Positions 10,676-20,763 are shown, counted from the first letter of the stretch. The stretch is 64,000 nt of DNA from Armatimonadota bacterium (GCA_039680575.1 JBDKSP010000089.1:1-64000); one strand, 5' to 3'. Translations and numbers: made by a program. Notes: generated by a model not told the origin, from the letters alone.

Positions 10676-10855
10676 ATACTTCGGCGCACGCTTTTTGCGC
10701 CGAAGTCCCCTTATTCGATATCCACAGCCTCATCTACCAAGCTGCCTGATTCCGTTTCTGCTCAAATTACTCCCTATAAAAGGTATCTCTTTGATGCCGA
10801 GGCAATCTATCCGATAGATTGGTTGGCTTCGGCGAAAACTACTCGCACTGAAGAT

Positions 10856-11506
10856 TCAAGTAGAGGTTTTTCTAATAATCAAAGCCCATACAAGAATGGA
10901 AATCGCTAAAATAACAGGGCTGATTATCAATACTTGGAAGAATACAACTTCTGGACGGACTCTAGACCACCCAACTGGATACACACGCTCACCTTTGACC
11001 TTGTATATACTGACAATATCATCCCTATCATCCATATCCAGCACTTTTATAGTCTGAGACTTACTTTTCGCATCATCCTTTATGATCTTCACATGAAAGC
11101 GGCGATAATTGACTGAGCCACTGTTGCTGAACTTGGAGTTAATCTTCGCTAGATCTCTTTTGGAGAGGTAGTATCTCAAAGGCATCTTTGCCCTGCCCGT
11201 ATCTGCCCAAACAATAGGTAATCCAGCACGTGACTCCTTTTCGGCACGAGAAGTCTTATCCTTTTCTCCGCTAATATAATAAGCTGTCACTAGGCCTGAC
11301 CACTCGTGTACGAGCTCAACAGGATGTTCACCGTCCATAGCTACCACAGTGAAGCCCCAACCCCCATTTTTCATCGGGCCTGTTACTGCGTCCGGTCGAG
11401 ACATCATGCTGTAGAAATAATGACCAACAAGGATACAAATAATAATCGTTGTTCCTATAGAGAGTAGTGCTATTTTGAGTGTATTTCCGGTTTTCTTACG
11501 TGCCAT
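10856..11506 (-). CDS. Hypothetical protein with N- and C-terminal TM helices
   Basis: 216-aa ORF with hydrophobic ends; AT-richer than flanks. Confidence 0.6.
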   Translation of the reverse strand: MARKKTGNTLKIALLSIGTTIIICILVGHYFYSMMSRPDAVTGPMKNGGWGFTVVAMDGEHPVELVHEWSGLVTAYYISGEKDKTSRAEKESRAGLPIVWADTGRAKMPLRYYLSKRDLAKINSKFSNSGSVNYRRFHVKIIKDDAKSKSQTIKVLDMDDRDDIVSIYKVKGERVYPVGWSRVRPEVVFFQVLIISPVILAISILVWALIIRKTST

Positions 11507-11564
11507 GCTTATTACCTAAGGCCTTTGTATGCACCGGGACGTGGATGCCCCGATACATAACAAA

Positions 11565-11900
11565 TCAGGTAGTTGCCTGGTTCTTTTTCTCGGGCTGGTT
11601 TCTGATGGTCGTCCAGTATTCTTCGCGGACTTCCTCGTCGATTTCCACCGGGGTGCGATGCGCCCATGGGTAGCGGTCTTCACCGCTCTTTTTGGGGCCG
11701 GATATCCAGTATATGTCTCCTGTGTCAGTATCGAAATAATTGCCACAGGAGCCAGGCCGCCCACGCTGGAGGCTCCTCCCCTGGTAGTACAATGTGCTCC
11801 CGGTCTTGGAAAACGTGACACGGCCGATGCGTGCAGGACCGGCATCATTGTGACCGCCCGGATGAGTTTTCAGCTCTATATACATAATCCGCGATTTCAA
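11565..11900 (-). CDS. Conserved-looking hypothetical protein
   Basis: MKSRIMYIELK..GPARIGRVTFSKTG.TLYY..GNYFD..YWISGPKK.G.DR; GAGGA RBS upstream. Confidence 0.7.
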   Translation of the reverse strand: MKSRIMYIELKTHPGGHNDAGPARIGRVTFSKTGSTLYYQGRSLQRGRPGSCGNYFDTDTGDIYWISGPKKSGEDRYPWAHRTPVEIDEEVREEYWTTIRNQPEKKNQATT

Positions 11901-11922
11901 TGTGCCGGTCCTCCTATTCCAG

Positions 11923-13161
11923 TCAGGCTCCGATGCCGCCTGATCCTGCTCTTACGCCTCTTTCCTTGCTGACTTTCGCCCAGTAGCCGCTCGCTCTGAA
12001 TGCCGCAAGCGGGTCGGGGTCGAGTCCCATCTCTTCTCTTACCACGCGGAGAAGAGGCTCAACGTCCGTATTGAACGCATCCTGCAGGCAGTCCTCAGCC
12101 GTCACTATATCATCAGCCAACTGCGACTTGTAGAGCTTTGCTCTGTCCACGCACATCGACTTTGCGTAAGCCCGCTGGATGTTCATTATCGTCTGGATCA
12201 TCGCATCGATCTTCGACTTGGTTACGAACGCCTGGTCAACCATATAAGCTATCGGCGGGTTGCCGTTCGGGGCATCCTCGGCCTTCACGATCTCGTTGTA
12301 GATCAGGAAAAGCTCATAAGGATTCACGGAACCGGCGGTCAGGTCGTCATCGGCGTATCTGTGGTTGTTGAAGTGGAAACCGCCCAGCCGCTCCTCGTCT
12401 ATCAGGAACGACACCAGGTGCTCTATGTTCTGGCCGGTAAAGTGATGCCCCAGGTCTACGAGCACGTGGGCATTCGGGCCGCATTTGTTCGCAAAGCTGT
12501 AGCTCATCCCCCAGTCACCGAAATCGGTGTGGTAGAAAGCAGGCTCGAAGGGCTTGTACTCGATCAGCATCCGCATGTCTTTCGGTATGGCGGCGTAGAC
12601 CTTCTTCAAGGACTCTTCAGCGTATTTCTTCCTTCTTCTGAAGTCCCCCTGCCCCGGATAATCGGTCCCATCCGCGAACCAGAGAGAGAGCGTCTTCGAC
12701 CCGAGCTTCTTGCCGATCTCCACGCAGTCGATCATGTGGGCTACGGCCATCTCGCGCACCTTCGGGTCCTCGTTAGTGATGCTTCCGAAGGCATATTCCC
12801 TGTCCTGGAAGACGTTCGGGTTGATCGCGCCTATCGCCACTCCGAGGGATTTGGCATAGCTTGCCAGAGAATCGGCGTCCGCGAGCCCGTTCGGGAAGTC
12901 CCAGAGGACGTGGACAGCCACGCCCGGAGCGATTCCGGTGTATTTATGCACCTGCGCGGCATCGGCGATTTTTTCTTCTATGGTTACTGCCGACCCAGCC
13001 TGTTTATAGGGTCCGAACCTCGTTCCTGAGTCTGCGTAACCCCAACTCGGCGTCTCTATCTGCTGGGATTTCAGTCTTGCTTTTACTTTTTCTACGTCTA
13101 CCCCTCTTGCGGCCAGTTTTCCGGCCAAGAGGTCATATTCAGTTTTCCAGTCACTCGACAT
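11923..13161 (-). CDS. rhaI: L-rhamnose isomerase, RhaI type (xylose isomerase-like TIM barrel)
   Basis: ETPSWGY..SGTRF, INPNVF, W.ADGT.YPGQ, IEYKPFEPAFY.TD..DWG, DLGHH, FHFN. Confidence 0.88.
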   Translation of the reverse strand: MSSDWKTEYDLLAGKLAARGVDVEKVKARLKSQQIETPSWGYADSGTRFGPYKQAGSAVTIEEKIADAAQVHKYTGIAPGVAVHVLWDFPNGLADADSLASYAKSLGVAIGAINPNVFQDREYAFGSITNEDPKVREMAVAHMIDCVEIGKKLGSKTLSLWFADGTDYPGQGDFRRRKKYAEESLKKVYAAIPKDMRMLIEYKPFEPAFYHTDFGDWGMSYSFANKCGPNAHVLVDLGHHFTGQNIEHLVSFLIDEERLGGFHFNNHRYADDDLTAGSVNPYELFLIYNEIVKAEDAPNGNPPIAYMVDQAFVTKSKIDAMIQTIMNIQRAYAKSMCVDRAKLYKSQLADDIVTAEDCLQDAFNTDVEPLLRVVREEMGLDPDPLAAFRASGYWAKVSKERGVRAGSGGIGA

Positions 13162-13204
13162 AAGCTTGCTCCTGAATAGATTTATAACTTGATATTATTC
13201 TAAA

Positions 13205-13345
13205 TGAGAATTACACGTTACTCTGAACGGACAACCACGTCACTTTGATCTAAGGTCCATTCTTTTCCTGGATGCTGAATCAAGTTCAGCATGACGTTGT
13301 GGACATTCGGAATAACGTTGCGTTCGTCCAGCATGACGTTGTAAC
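13205..13345. repeat. Family B REP/MITE-like copy, inverted
   Basis: Reverse complement reads CGTCATGCTGAACTTGATTCAGCATCCAGGAAAAGAATGGACC, sharing the spacer with 3661-3680; about 21-bp periodic ATGACGTTG tail. Confidence 0.8.
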
Positions 13346-13348
13346 AGA

Positions 13349-14104
13349 CTAATGTAAGTTTTGCTTTCTGTAGGCCTCGTCTGGCCTTGTATAAATCCTA
13401 TCGATGTTCGAATCGGAGAGGTAATGGACTCCTCCGAGGGCATGCGCCCCTGCAAGTACCCTGGCGGTCTTCACATACATCGCCGTAATCGCTTCGACTT
13501 CCTTCGCCGTAGCGCCGAGAGCGATAAACCCGTGGTTCTGCATAAGGACGACCTTCGGGACTACCCCTTCTTCATCCATAAACTTGACTACGACTTTCTG
13601 CACAGCCTTCGCAAGGGTGACACCGGGGTCGACATAGGGCATAAACACGGGTTTTATACCGCAGTAGACTATCTCATCGGGAAAAATCCTGCTTTTTATG
13701 ATGTCTTCAGCGGCATTGGAACAAAGGATGGTGTTTACGGCTATCGGGTGGGTGTGTCCGACGAAGTTTACATTCGGCAGGGAGAGGAGATACGCATGGA
13801 ACAGCGTCTCAATGGATGGCCTGGGGGCATTCGGGTTGACTCTCGCGGCTCCCAGCCTGTCCTTTATCTCCACATCGGAGAGTTCACCGCACTCGAACAT
13901 ATCGAGCACGTCTTTAGTCCGTATCTCGACGAAGATTTCGGGGTGGCTTTCGGAGAGATATGCTCCCGTCTGCTTAACGAAGAAACTGTTTTCATCTACC
14001 TTGGCTGAGGTATTGCCCTCTCCAAGTATTACATATTCATTTTCCGGTTTGGCCAGATTAAGAGACATCCTTACAAGCTCTGCAAGGACCGATGCGTCAG
14101 TCAT
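13349..14104 (-). CDS. Class II aldolase/adducin family (rhamnulose-1-P aldolase-like)
   Basis: GEGNTS, RPSIETLFH, GHTHP, LMQNHG; adjacent to rhaI. Confidence 0.85.
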   Translation of the reverse strand: MTDASVLAELVRMSLNLAKPENEYVILGEGNTSAKVDENSFFVKQTGAYLSESHPEIFVEIRTKDVLDMFECGELSDVEIKDRLGAARVNPNAPRPSIETLFHAYLLSLPNVNFVGHTHPIAVNTILCSNAAEDIIKSRIFPDEIVYCGIKPVFMPYVDPGVTLAKAVQKVVVKFMDEEGVVPKVVLMQNHGFIALGATAKEVEAITAMYVKTARVLAGAHALGGVHYLSDSNIDRIYTRPDEAYRKQNLH

Positions 14105-14115
14105 CTACTACTCCT

Positions 14116-14196
14116 TTATATGGATTTTCGACTGTTTGCACAGCTGCTATTGCCGAAAATCTTCGAAAGAATCTCAGGTGTGTTCACTCTGAAACC
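14116..14196 (+). repeat. Family A two-hairpin element
   Basis: GATTTTCGAC...GCCGAAAATC TTCGAAAG AATCTCAGG...CTGAAACC. Confidence 0.7.
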
Positions 14197-14316
14197 ATTT
14201 TGATAAATTATGCCTGCTTATTATAGCATACCAGTCGTAAACAGGCGCAAGTTGCGTTTGACGATTGAACTGTGGAATGATACTCTGAATGTGAATTTTT
14301 CTGAGGAGATACTGTT

Positions 14317-15255
14317 TTGGCTGTTTACACCGTTACCGGTGGAGCCGGGTTCATCGGCTCCCACATTGTAAGAAGACTGGCAGAAGAAGGACACTTCGTA
14401 AGGGTGCTGGATAACTTCAGCACCGGCAGCAAAAAAAACCTTATAGGGCTTCCCGAAAGAATTACGATAATCGAGGGCGATGTACGAGACCGTGAAATAG
14501 TCTCTTCGGCTGTTCAAGGAGCGGACTATGTGCTCCACCTTGCAGCGCAGATATCCGTGCCCATTTCGGTGGAGAACCCGGTAATGAACGAAGAGGTAAA
14601 TTCGGGCGGGACACTGAACGTGCTTCTGGCAGCGCGGAATACCGGTGTTAAGCGGGTTGTGCTTTCATCATCATGCGCTATCTACGGAGACAACCGGGAC
14701 TTGCCCCTAAAGGAAAGCAGCCTGCCGTCGCCGCTCTCGCCTTATGCGATCACAAAGCTCGCCGGAGAGCATTACTGCAAGGCTTTCCACGAGCTTTACG
14801 GCCTTCCAACCGTCGCGCTCAGATATTTGAACGTGTTCGGACCCGGACAGCGGCCTGATTCGGCCTACGCGGCAGTCATACCCAAGTTCACCCACGCAAT
14901 CGTGAATGGCCTTGCCCCGACCATATACGGTGACGGGAAACAGACACGCGACTTTGTCTTTGTAGAGAACGTGGTCGATGCAAACCTCCTCGCCTGCAAG
15001 TCGGACAAAGCGGTGGGACGTGTGATGAACATCGGAAGCGGTGTCGAGATCAGCCTGAGCCAGCTTCTTGAGATGCTGGAACGGCTGATAGGGCAAAAAG
15101 TCACCGTCTCTTACGGCCCACCGAGAACAGGAGACATCGTCCGCTCGGTTGGAGATATTTCGCTCGCCCGCGAGCTTATGGGGTTTGAGTGCAAGGTCGA
15201 TTTTGAGGAAGGGCTCAAGAGGACCTACAAATATTTTATCAACGAGACCATATGA
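14317..15255 (+). CDS. NAD-dependent nucleotide-sugar epimerase/dehydratase (extended SDR)
   Basis: TGGAGFIGSH, SSCAIYG, YAITK, NVFGP.Q, GDGKQTRDF. Confidence 0.93.
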   Translation: MAVYTVTGGAGFIGSHIVRRLAEEGHFVRVLDNFSTGSKKNLIGLPERITIIEGDVRDREIVSSAVQGADYVLHLAAQISVPISVENPVMNEEVNSGGTLNVLLAARNTGVKRVVLSSSCAIYGDNRDLPLKESSLPSPLSPYAITKLAGEHYCKAFHELYGLPTVALRYLNVFGPGQRPDSAYAAVIPKFTHAIVNGLAPTIYGDGKQTRDFVFVENVVDANLLACKSDKAVGRVMNIGSGVEISLSQLLEMLERLIGQKVTVSYGPPRTGDIVRSVGDISLARELMGFECKVDFEEGLKRTYKYFINETI

Positions 15256-15340
15256 TGACACTGGCGAGCTGGATCAGGATTCCGCTTGTAGCTTATGGAC
15301 GGGATAATCCCGCTCTGGCTTGCCAGAAAATACACGCTGA

Positions 15341-15405
15341 AGCTTGCAAGTAGCTGCAAATAGCTACAAGTGGGTGGAACATTAATCAAACAATCATGGT
15401 ATAAT
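15341..15405 (+). promoter_or_regulatory. Three 10-bp direct repeats and an extended -10 promoter (TGgTATAAT)
   Basis: agcttgcaag/tagctgcaaa/tagctacaag at 15341-15370; TATAAT at 15400-15405. Confidence 0.5.
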
Positions 15406-15408
15406 CAA

Positions 15409-15475
15409 TTATAGATTTTCGGCTATAGTCGAAAATTTTCCGGGAGAGTTTAAGGTAATACCTGAGACTCATTAG
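15409..15475 (+). repeat. Family A two-hairpin element occupying the probable 5' UTR
   Basis: TTATAGATTTTCGGC tata GTCGAAAATT TTCCGGGA GAGTTTAAGG taata CCTGAGACTC ATTAG. Confidence 0.8.
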
Positions 15476-15487
15476 AGGTAATATACC

Positions 15488-15805
15488 ATGCAACGGATGC
15501 TGACGGTTGACGAAGCTGCAGCAATGCTGCGGCACAGCAAGTATACTATCCGCAACTGGATAAAACGTGGCAGGCTCCAGGCGACCAGAGTAGGACAGCG
15601 CTACCTTATAATGGAAGGCGCAGTGCAGGAGCTTGTCGTTCCTCCCGCCCAAACGAAAATCCCGCGGGAAGAAAGCAAGCACCTTATGGAGCATCTCCTT
15701 GCCGAAGGAGTGAGAGCAGGCGTAACGGAAGATACTTACAACCATGTAATGCGTGACGCCGAAGCAAGGGAAGAAGCCGCACGCTTCAACACCGGAGCGC
15801 TGTAA
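15488..15805 (+). CDS. Excisionase-family (HTH_17) DNA-binding protein, putative antitoxin
   Basis: MLTVDEAAAML..SKYTIRNWIKRGRLQATRVG. Confidence 0.85.
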   Translation: MQRMLTVDEAAAMLRHSKYTIRNWIKRGRLQATRVGQRYLIMEGAVQELVVPPAQTKIPREESKHLMEHLLAEGVRAGVTEDTYNHVMRDAEAREEAARFNTGAL

Positions 15806-15806
15806 T

Positions 15807-16232
15807 ATGGCTATAGTCCTGGATGGCGCAGCCGCCGCAGGTATACCTCTCAATGATCCCCTATTAAGAAAACACGTCGAGTCAGCGCTGGATGAACACA
15901 AGTGCTACATGACACTTGCAGCCGTCACTGAGTTCGCCTGTCTTGTAACTGCCGGATGCGGGGCAAAGCTCGCAGAGCAGTGGGTGGGATGGCTATATAC
16001 TCACGAGTGCATCGAGATCGTAGAGCAGCGCAAGCTCGACCGGTACGCGTCTCTGGAGTTTCTGCTTGTGGCTGCTGATGCTTATAATAGATCGGGATTG
16101 GCTCCCGCAGCTGCCTCATCCGCCGCACTCGCCAAATATATGAGAATCCCCGTGCTGACAAACCGCGAACGGTTCAGAACACTGGAAGAAGAGCGGTTTT
16201 GCAAGGTAAAATGGGCGGTAGAGAAGATTTGA
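15807..16232 (+). CDS. PIN/VapC-like domain protein (degenerate active site)
   Basis: IVLD, AVTE, GLAPAAA..AALA, PVLTN..F pattern; starts 1 nt after the HTH stop. Confidence 0.65.
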   Translation: MAIVLDGAAAAGIPLNDPLLRKHVESALDEHKCYMTLAAVTEFACLVTAGCGAKLAEQWVGWLYTHECIEIVEQRKLDRYASLEFLLVAADAYNRSGLAPAAASSAALAKYMRIPVLTNRERFRTLEEERFCKVKWAVEKI

Positions 16233-16253
16233 AACGCGAATTTGCAGGAGAAA

Positions 16254-16850
16254 ATGATGCAGCAAAACGCTATTATGCGTGAAGAATACGAGTGGTCGAA
16301 TATCTGGTGGGACCATGCAGATGATGCCAGCTTGAAAAGGGTCTTACTGATCGGTGATTCGATATCAGTCGGATACACTCAACCGGTGATCGATCGGCTA
16401 AAGGGCATATTCCATGTAGACCGATTAGCCAATTCAAGAGGTATAAATGATCCGGCTCTCTCTAAAGAGATCGATTATATGCTCAGTGAATACCAATATG
16501 AAGCCATCCATTTTAACAATGGCCTCCATGGTTTTCATATTCCTGATGATGTGTATGCTTATTTTCTGGAGCACATGGTTCAAACACTGATACAATACGG
16601 ACACGGCGCGAAACTGGTCTGGGCCAGTTCTACACCGGTTACAACGCCGGATGCGGAGAATAATGCCCTTGTGCTGCGCCGCAACGCACTGGCAGCAGGC
16701 ATTATGCAAAGATACAATATTGCTATAAACGACCTGAACAGCATTATTGCAGAGCGTCCGGAACTCAGCGCCGGTGATGGATACCACTATAAAGCAGAAG
16801 GCTATACTCTGCTTGGAGAAGCAGTTACCCAAGCGCTGACTCAACGCTAG
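16254..16850 (+). CDS. SGNH/GDSL hydrolase
   Basis: LLIGDSIS, HFNNGLH, DGYH. Confidence 0.88.
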   Translation: MMQQNAIMREEYEWSNIWWDHADDASLKRVLLIGDSISVGYTQPVIDRLKGIFHVDRLANSRGINDPALSKEIDYMLSEYQYEAIHFNNGLHGFHIPDDVYAYFLEHMVQTLIQYGHGAKLVWASSTPVTTPDAENNALVLRRNALAAGIMQRYNIAINDLNSIIAERPELSAGDGYHYKAEGYTLLGEAVTQALTQR

Positions 16851-16879
16851 ACGGATTTGTCATTATTGACCGCGCAGTC

Positions 16880-17350
16880 TCAGCGGGCGTTTTTGTTCAG
16901 GAGTTCGTATATTACGAGTGCGACACCTCCCGGCGATGCGATCTCTGCTGACTTCACAAAGCCCACTTTTTCGTACAGATGCCGGGTCTGGGGGTTATCT
17001 TTGGGTGTAGCAAGCGACCAGATGACTGCTTCCGGGTGTTGGGACAGCATGAACTCGATTGCTTCTCTCCCTATCCCCTTGTTCTGGTATTCCGGGTGGA
17101 CGCAGATCATATAGAGGTGGTAATGAAAGTCATTTCTGGGATATATCTCTATCCCTCCGATGATTTTGCAGTTTGCGAGCGAGATTTTATAAAATATCGC
17201 CTTGTTGATCTTCTCGACCATCGTCCCGCGCTCAGTAATGTATGAAGGGCACTCTCCATAATTAAGAAAATCACGCTTGAATGCTGCGTTTTGGGCTTCC
17301 ATCAGCTCGTCCGTGTCTTTCACAGACGCCCGCTCGATAATTATTTCCAT
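16880..17350 (-). CDS. GNAT acetyltransferase
   Basis: VHPEYQNKGIG, HLYEKVGF. Confidence 0.85.
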   Translation of the reverse strand: MEIIIERASVKDTDELMEAQNAAFKRDFLNYGECPSYITERGTMVEKINKAIFYKISLANCKIIGGIEIYPRNDFHYHLYMICVHPEYQNKGIGREAIEFMLSQHPEAVIWSLATPKDNPQTRHLYEKVGFVKSAEIASPGGVALVIYELLNKNAR

Positions 17351-17653
17351 TGAATGCCTCCTCCTTGCAAAAATTCTTCTCGCAGCAGCTAAACTGCGGA
17401 AATGCCCCTAATTATACTACATTTCAACTTGTCCTTTACTCCCTTATTCGGCTAAACTGGGTAGGATATTTTTATCACGAAAGCTTGGAGCAGGACTTAG
17501 AGGGAAAACTATGCTTCGGGATGAACCACGATCACGAAGCATAGAGAACATTCTACATAAATCAGGCATCTACGATGCCTATGGCCGGCACGGAGACCGG
17601 CCACTACTTCTGTTCCCTATCATCTGTTCACTGTTCCCTATACGGAGGTCATT

Positions 17654-18982
17654 ATGTCTATTCCAATTAAACTCGATACTTCTTATCTCGCTCCGGAGGT
17701 GACTCCAGATGAAGTCTACTCCTGGCAGGCTCATGTAGATTTCTGCCATGAAAGGCTCCATACCAAGTCCGGCGCCGGTTCGGACTTCCTCGGATGGGTA
17801 GATCCGAAGCTCATGATGCCTGCCGCGGAGGTCGATAGAATCTCGCGGGTCGCCGCACGGCTTAGATCTGAATCCGATGTGCTGGTCGTTATCGGCATCG
17901 GAGGGTCGTATTTAGGCGCGAGGGCGGTAATAGAAGCGATAGGCGGCCCGGACAAAGAGAGAATCATCTTCGCAGGCCAGAATATATCTGCTCATTACCA
18001 TAAGGAACTGCTCGGCAAACTGGAAGGCAAGCGGGTTGCGATCAACATCATATCCAAATCAGGGACGACAACAGAACCGGCGATAGCCTTCAGGCTCTTT
18101 AGGAACTATCTCGAAGAAAAAGTCGGACGCGAGAAGGCCGCGAGACTGATCGCAGCGACCACCGACGCCCAAAAAGGCGCCTTGAGAAACCTTGCGGTCG
18201 AGCAGGGTTATGAGACCTTTGTGGTCCCGGATGACGTAGGCGGCCGCTATTCCGTGCTCTCCGCCGTCGGGCTTTTACCGATTGCATACGCAGGGATAGA
18301 CATCAAGGCGCTCTTAGGATCAGCCGCTAAATGCGCTGAGGAGCTGAAAACAGCCGATCTCAAGACCAACCCGGCTTATTATTACGCAGTTCTCAGGAAC
18401 ATGCTCTACAACAAGGGGAAAGGCATAGAAATTCTGGCATCTTTCGAGCCCAGGCTGCACTACATGGCCGAATGGTGGAAACAGCTCTTCGGCGAGAGCG
18501 AAGGGAAAGAGAATGTCGGGATATTCCCCGCCTCGGTGGACTTCACGACGGACCTGCACTCGATGGGCCAGTGGATACAGGAGGGACGGCGCAGTATCTT
18601 CGAGACGTTTATCGATATAGAAGCCGGTGAGCCAGACCTCACCATCCCGAACGAGCCGAACGATGCCGACGGGCTGAACTACCTCGCCGGGAAGCAGGTC
18701 CATGAAGTGAACCGCGAGGCTTACCGCGCGACGGCGCTCGCGCACCGTGAAGGCGGAGTCCCGAACTCGTCGATCGTGCTGCCAAAGTTGGATGCGGAAA
18801 CACTCGGAGCAATGCTTTACTTCTTCGAGAAGGCTTGCGCCATAAGCGGTTATCTACTGCGGGTGAACCCGTTCAATCAGCCAGGGGTCGAAGCCTACAA
18901 AGGCCACATGTTCGCGCTTCTCGGCAAACCGGGGTTTGAGAAGCAGACAGAGGAGATCGAAAAGCGGCTGCAGCTCGGTTAA
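17654..18982 (+). CDS. pgi: Glucose-6-phosphate isomerase
   Basis: [51 protein letters not shown]. Confidence 0.97.
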   Translation: MSIPIKLDTSYLAPEVTPDEVYSWQAHVDFCHERLHTKSGAGSDFLGWVDPKLMMPAAEVDRISRVAARLRSESDVLVVIGIGGSYLGARAVIEAIGGPDKERIIFAGQNISAHYHKELLGKLEGKRVAINIISKSGTTTEPAIAFRLFRNYLEEKVGREKAARLIAATTDAQKGALRNLAVEQGYETFVVPDDVGGRYSVLSAVGLLPIAYAGIDIKALLGSAAKCAEELKTADLKTNPAYYYAVLRNMLYNKGKGIEILASFEPRLHYMAEWWKQLFGESEGKENVGIFPASVDFTTDLHSMGQWIQEGRRSIFETFIDIEAGEPDLTIPNEPNDADGLNYLAGKQVHEVNREAYRATALAHREGGVPNSSIVLPKLDAETLGAMLYFFEKACAISGYLLRVNPFNQPGVEAYKGHMFALLGKPGFEKQTEEIEKRLQLG

Positions 18983-19141
18983 CAGCTGCGCCTGTTTCAC
19001 TTTATCCTGCGGGAACTAAAACGGGGTTAACAGATAAATACATACTTTCCGTTCCCGCAGGATACAAATTCTGTCCGCCTACGGCGGACGCTTCGGCAGC
19101 TATCGCGCTTTCTTCGAAAGCGCTGTCGCGGCAGCATCATC

Positions 19142-19210
19142 TATAGATTTTCGGCTATGGCCGAAAATCCTCCGGAGGGTTTCAGTTGCAATTCACAACT
19201 GAAACTTTAG
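19142..19210 (+). repeat. Family A two-hairpin element
   Basis: TATAGATTTTCGGC tatg GCCGAAAATC CTCCGGAG GGTTTCAGTTG caattca CAACTGAAACT TTAG. Confidence 0.8.
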
Positions 19211-19278
19211 ATGATGCGAGAGCAAGCAGTCCGAAGCAAATGAATTACATGGGGAGAATTACCACACACCAGCAACCA

Positions 19279-20763
19279 CTAAAAAGCGACCGACGCGCTC
19301 AGGTTAAACTGGCTTTCCTTCTCCGGCAGGCGAAGCGACTCATAACCGGCGCTTATGCTGCTTCTGGCGTTAAGATCGTGGACCAAAAGCAGTCTCAAGC
19401 TGCTGGTATTATCGGGGTCGACGCCTTCCTTATCCCGCGGGCTGCGGTCCAGATACTCAGCCACGCCGGTCCATCTTTCTGCCAGCTTACGGTCCAGCCT
19501 CAGGAACAACGCCTTGCTGTTTCGTCCGACGGGATGCCCGATAACAAGCCCGCTGTGAGTGTATTCATGCTCAAAGTACTCGGGCCTGGTTGCGCCGTAG
19601 GTCCCCTCATCCGTAAAGATATACTCGGCGCGGAGCCCCGTGCTGCCATCGCCCAGTAGATTCGGCCAATATGATCCGGCGAAGAAACCGAGTTTTCGCG
19701 GGCGGTGCCAGTTGCCGTTACGCAGTATCGGAGGGGCGTTCATATCATCTACAAGAAAGTCGAAGTATCCCTCGAACCTGGGAGAAAACTTGTACAGTGC
19801 ATCGATGGATAGAAATGAGTTCCATTCCGCGTCCACATCATCGACAAATATATGCTGATAGAGGTACAGTGATGGAAGAATAAGGACCAGCGGGTTCGGG
19901 GTCTTGCTTGTCTTTGCAGTCTCATTTATCCCGACATGGAACTGCCTGGAAAGCCGCTTTTCCCACCGTCTGCCGAGCAGGTAGAAGTTTATCCCCCCGT
20001 CCTCGAACGGAGCTACAAACTGTGTTATCTTTATGTTGCCGATCCGGCGGCCGAAGTTTACATCTTTTGCGGCCAGAAAATACATAAAGGCCGGGCTGTT
20101 GTCGGAAAGGATCATCGAGCCGCTGTAACCCGGTCCCCACCACTGGTAGTCCCTGCCTATCTCCCACTCCCAGTTCGGAGTCTTGCCTCTGACAAGGAGC
20201 TTTTCGAGGTCCGAAAACTCATCTCCATCGAGCTTTCTCCGCCGGTCTGAAAGTGTTGCAACGTATGTGACATATTTGCCGCTTGTCGCGATCAATGTCC
20301 CGTCGTAAATGCCGGTAAGGTGGTCGTCTCCATCCGAATGCATAAACCTCGACTCGAAGGAGCCGGTGGGGATAAATGCATGGCTTTCGGCATACGGTTG
20401 GAGCTTTGAAAGCGCCTCTTCTCCGCCAATCGACCGTATCTCTGCTGAATACTCGGCGGCAAGCCGGGAAAGAAGAGCCCTGTCCTTTTCGGTAACTTTC
20501 TCATTAGCGGCGTTAAACGCGCTCAGGGTGAAAGCGGCCATCTCCTCGCGAGTGTAGAGCCAGTCGCCCATAAACCGCTCGGCCGGAACGGATGGGATCA
20601 GTCCGCCTGCGGCGAGGTGCATCAAAGCGTTGTATGTCCAGTTTTCAGTGGGAACACGATCTGTCGAAGCAGTTGGTTGGGCAAAACATGTGATTCCGCA
20701 GAAAACAAGCACGACAGTAATGAGCAGACACAACCTGCTCGGTCTTACGCTGCAAAGGGTCAT
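19279..20763 (-). CDS. Wzi-like outer-membrane protein with N-terminal SLH-like domain
   Basis: Signal peptide; VPTENWTYNAL..L...GLI...TREEMA; GRDYQWWGPGYSGSMILSDN; IGHPVG; C-terminal Phe. Confidence 0.8.
   Translation of the reverse strand: MTLCSVRPSRLCLLITVVLVFCGITCFAQPTASTDRVPTENWTYNALMHLAAGGLIPSVPAERFMGDWLYTREEMAAFTLSAFNAANEKVTEKDRALLSRLAAEYSAEIRSIGGEEALSKLQPYAESHAFIPTGSFESRFMHSDGDDHLTGIYDGTLIATSGKYVTYVATLSDRRRKLDGDEFSDLEKLLVRGKTPNWEWEIGRDYQWWGPGYSGSMILSDNSPAFMYFLAAKDVNFGRRIGNIKITQFVAPFEDGGINFYLLGRRWEKRLSRQFHVGINETAKTSKTPNPLVLILPSLYLYQHIFVDDVDAEWNSFLSIDALYKFSPRFEGYFDFLVDDMNAPPILRNGNWHRPRKLGFFAGSYWPNLLGDGSTGLRAEYIFTDEGTYGATRPEYFEHEYTHSGLVIGHPVGRNSKALFLRLDRKLAERWTGVAEYLDRSPRDKEGVDPDNTSSLRLLLVHDLNARSSISAGYESLRLPEKESQFNLSASVAF

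Noticed and set aside
9724..11560. Integron cassette array
   Set aside because: No convincing attC (RYYYAAC...GTTRRRY) sites and no integron integrase in the window
13270..13345. Mini CRISPR array from periodic ATGACGTTG repeats (also 29510-29560)
   Set aside because: Period of about 21 bp with no unique 30-40 bp spacers and no cas genes; part of repeat family B
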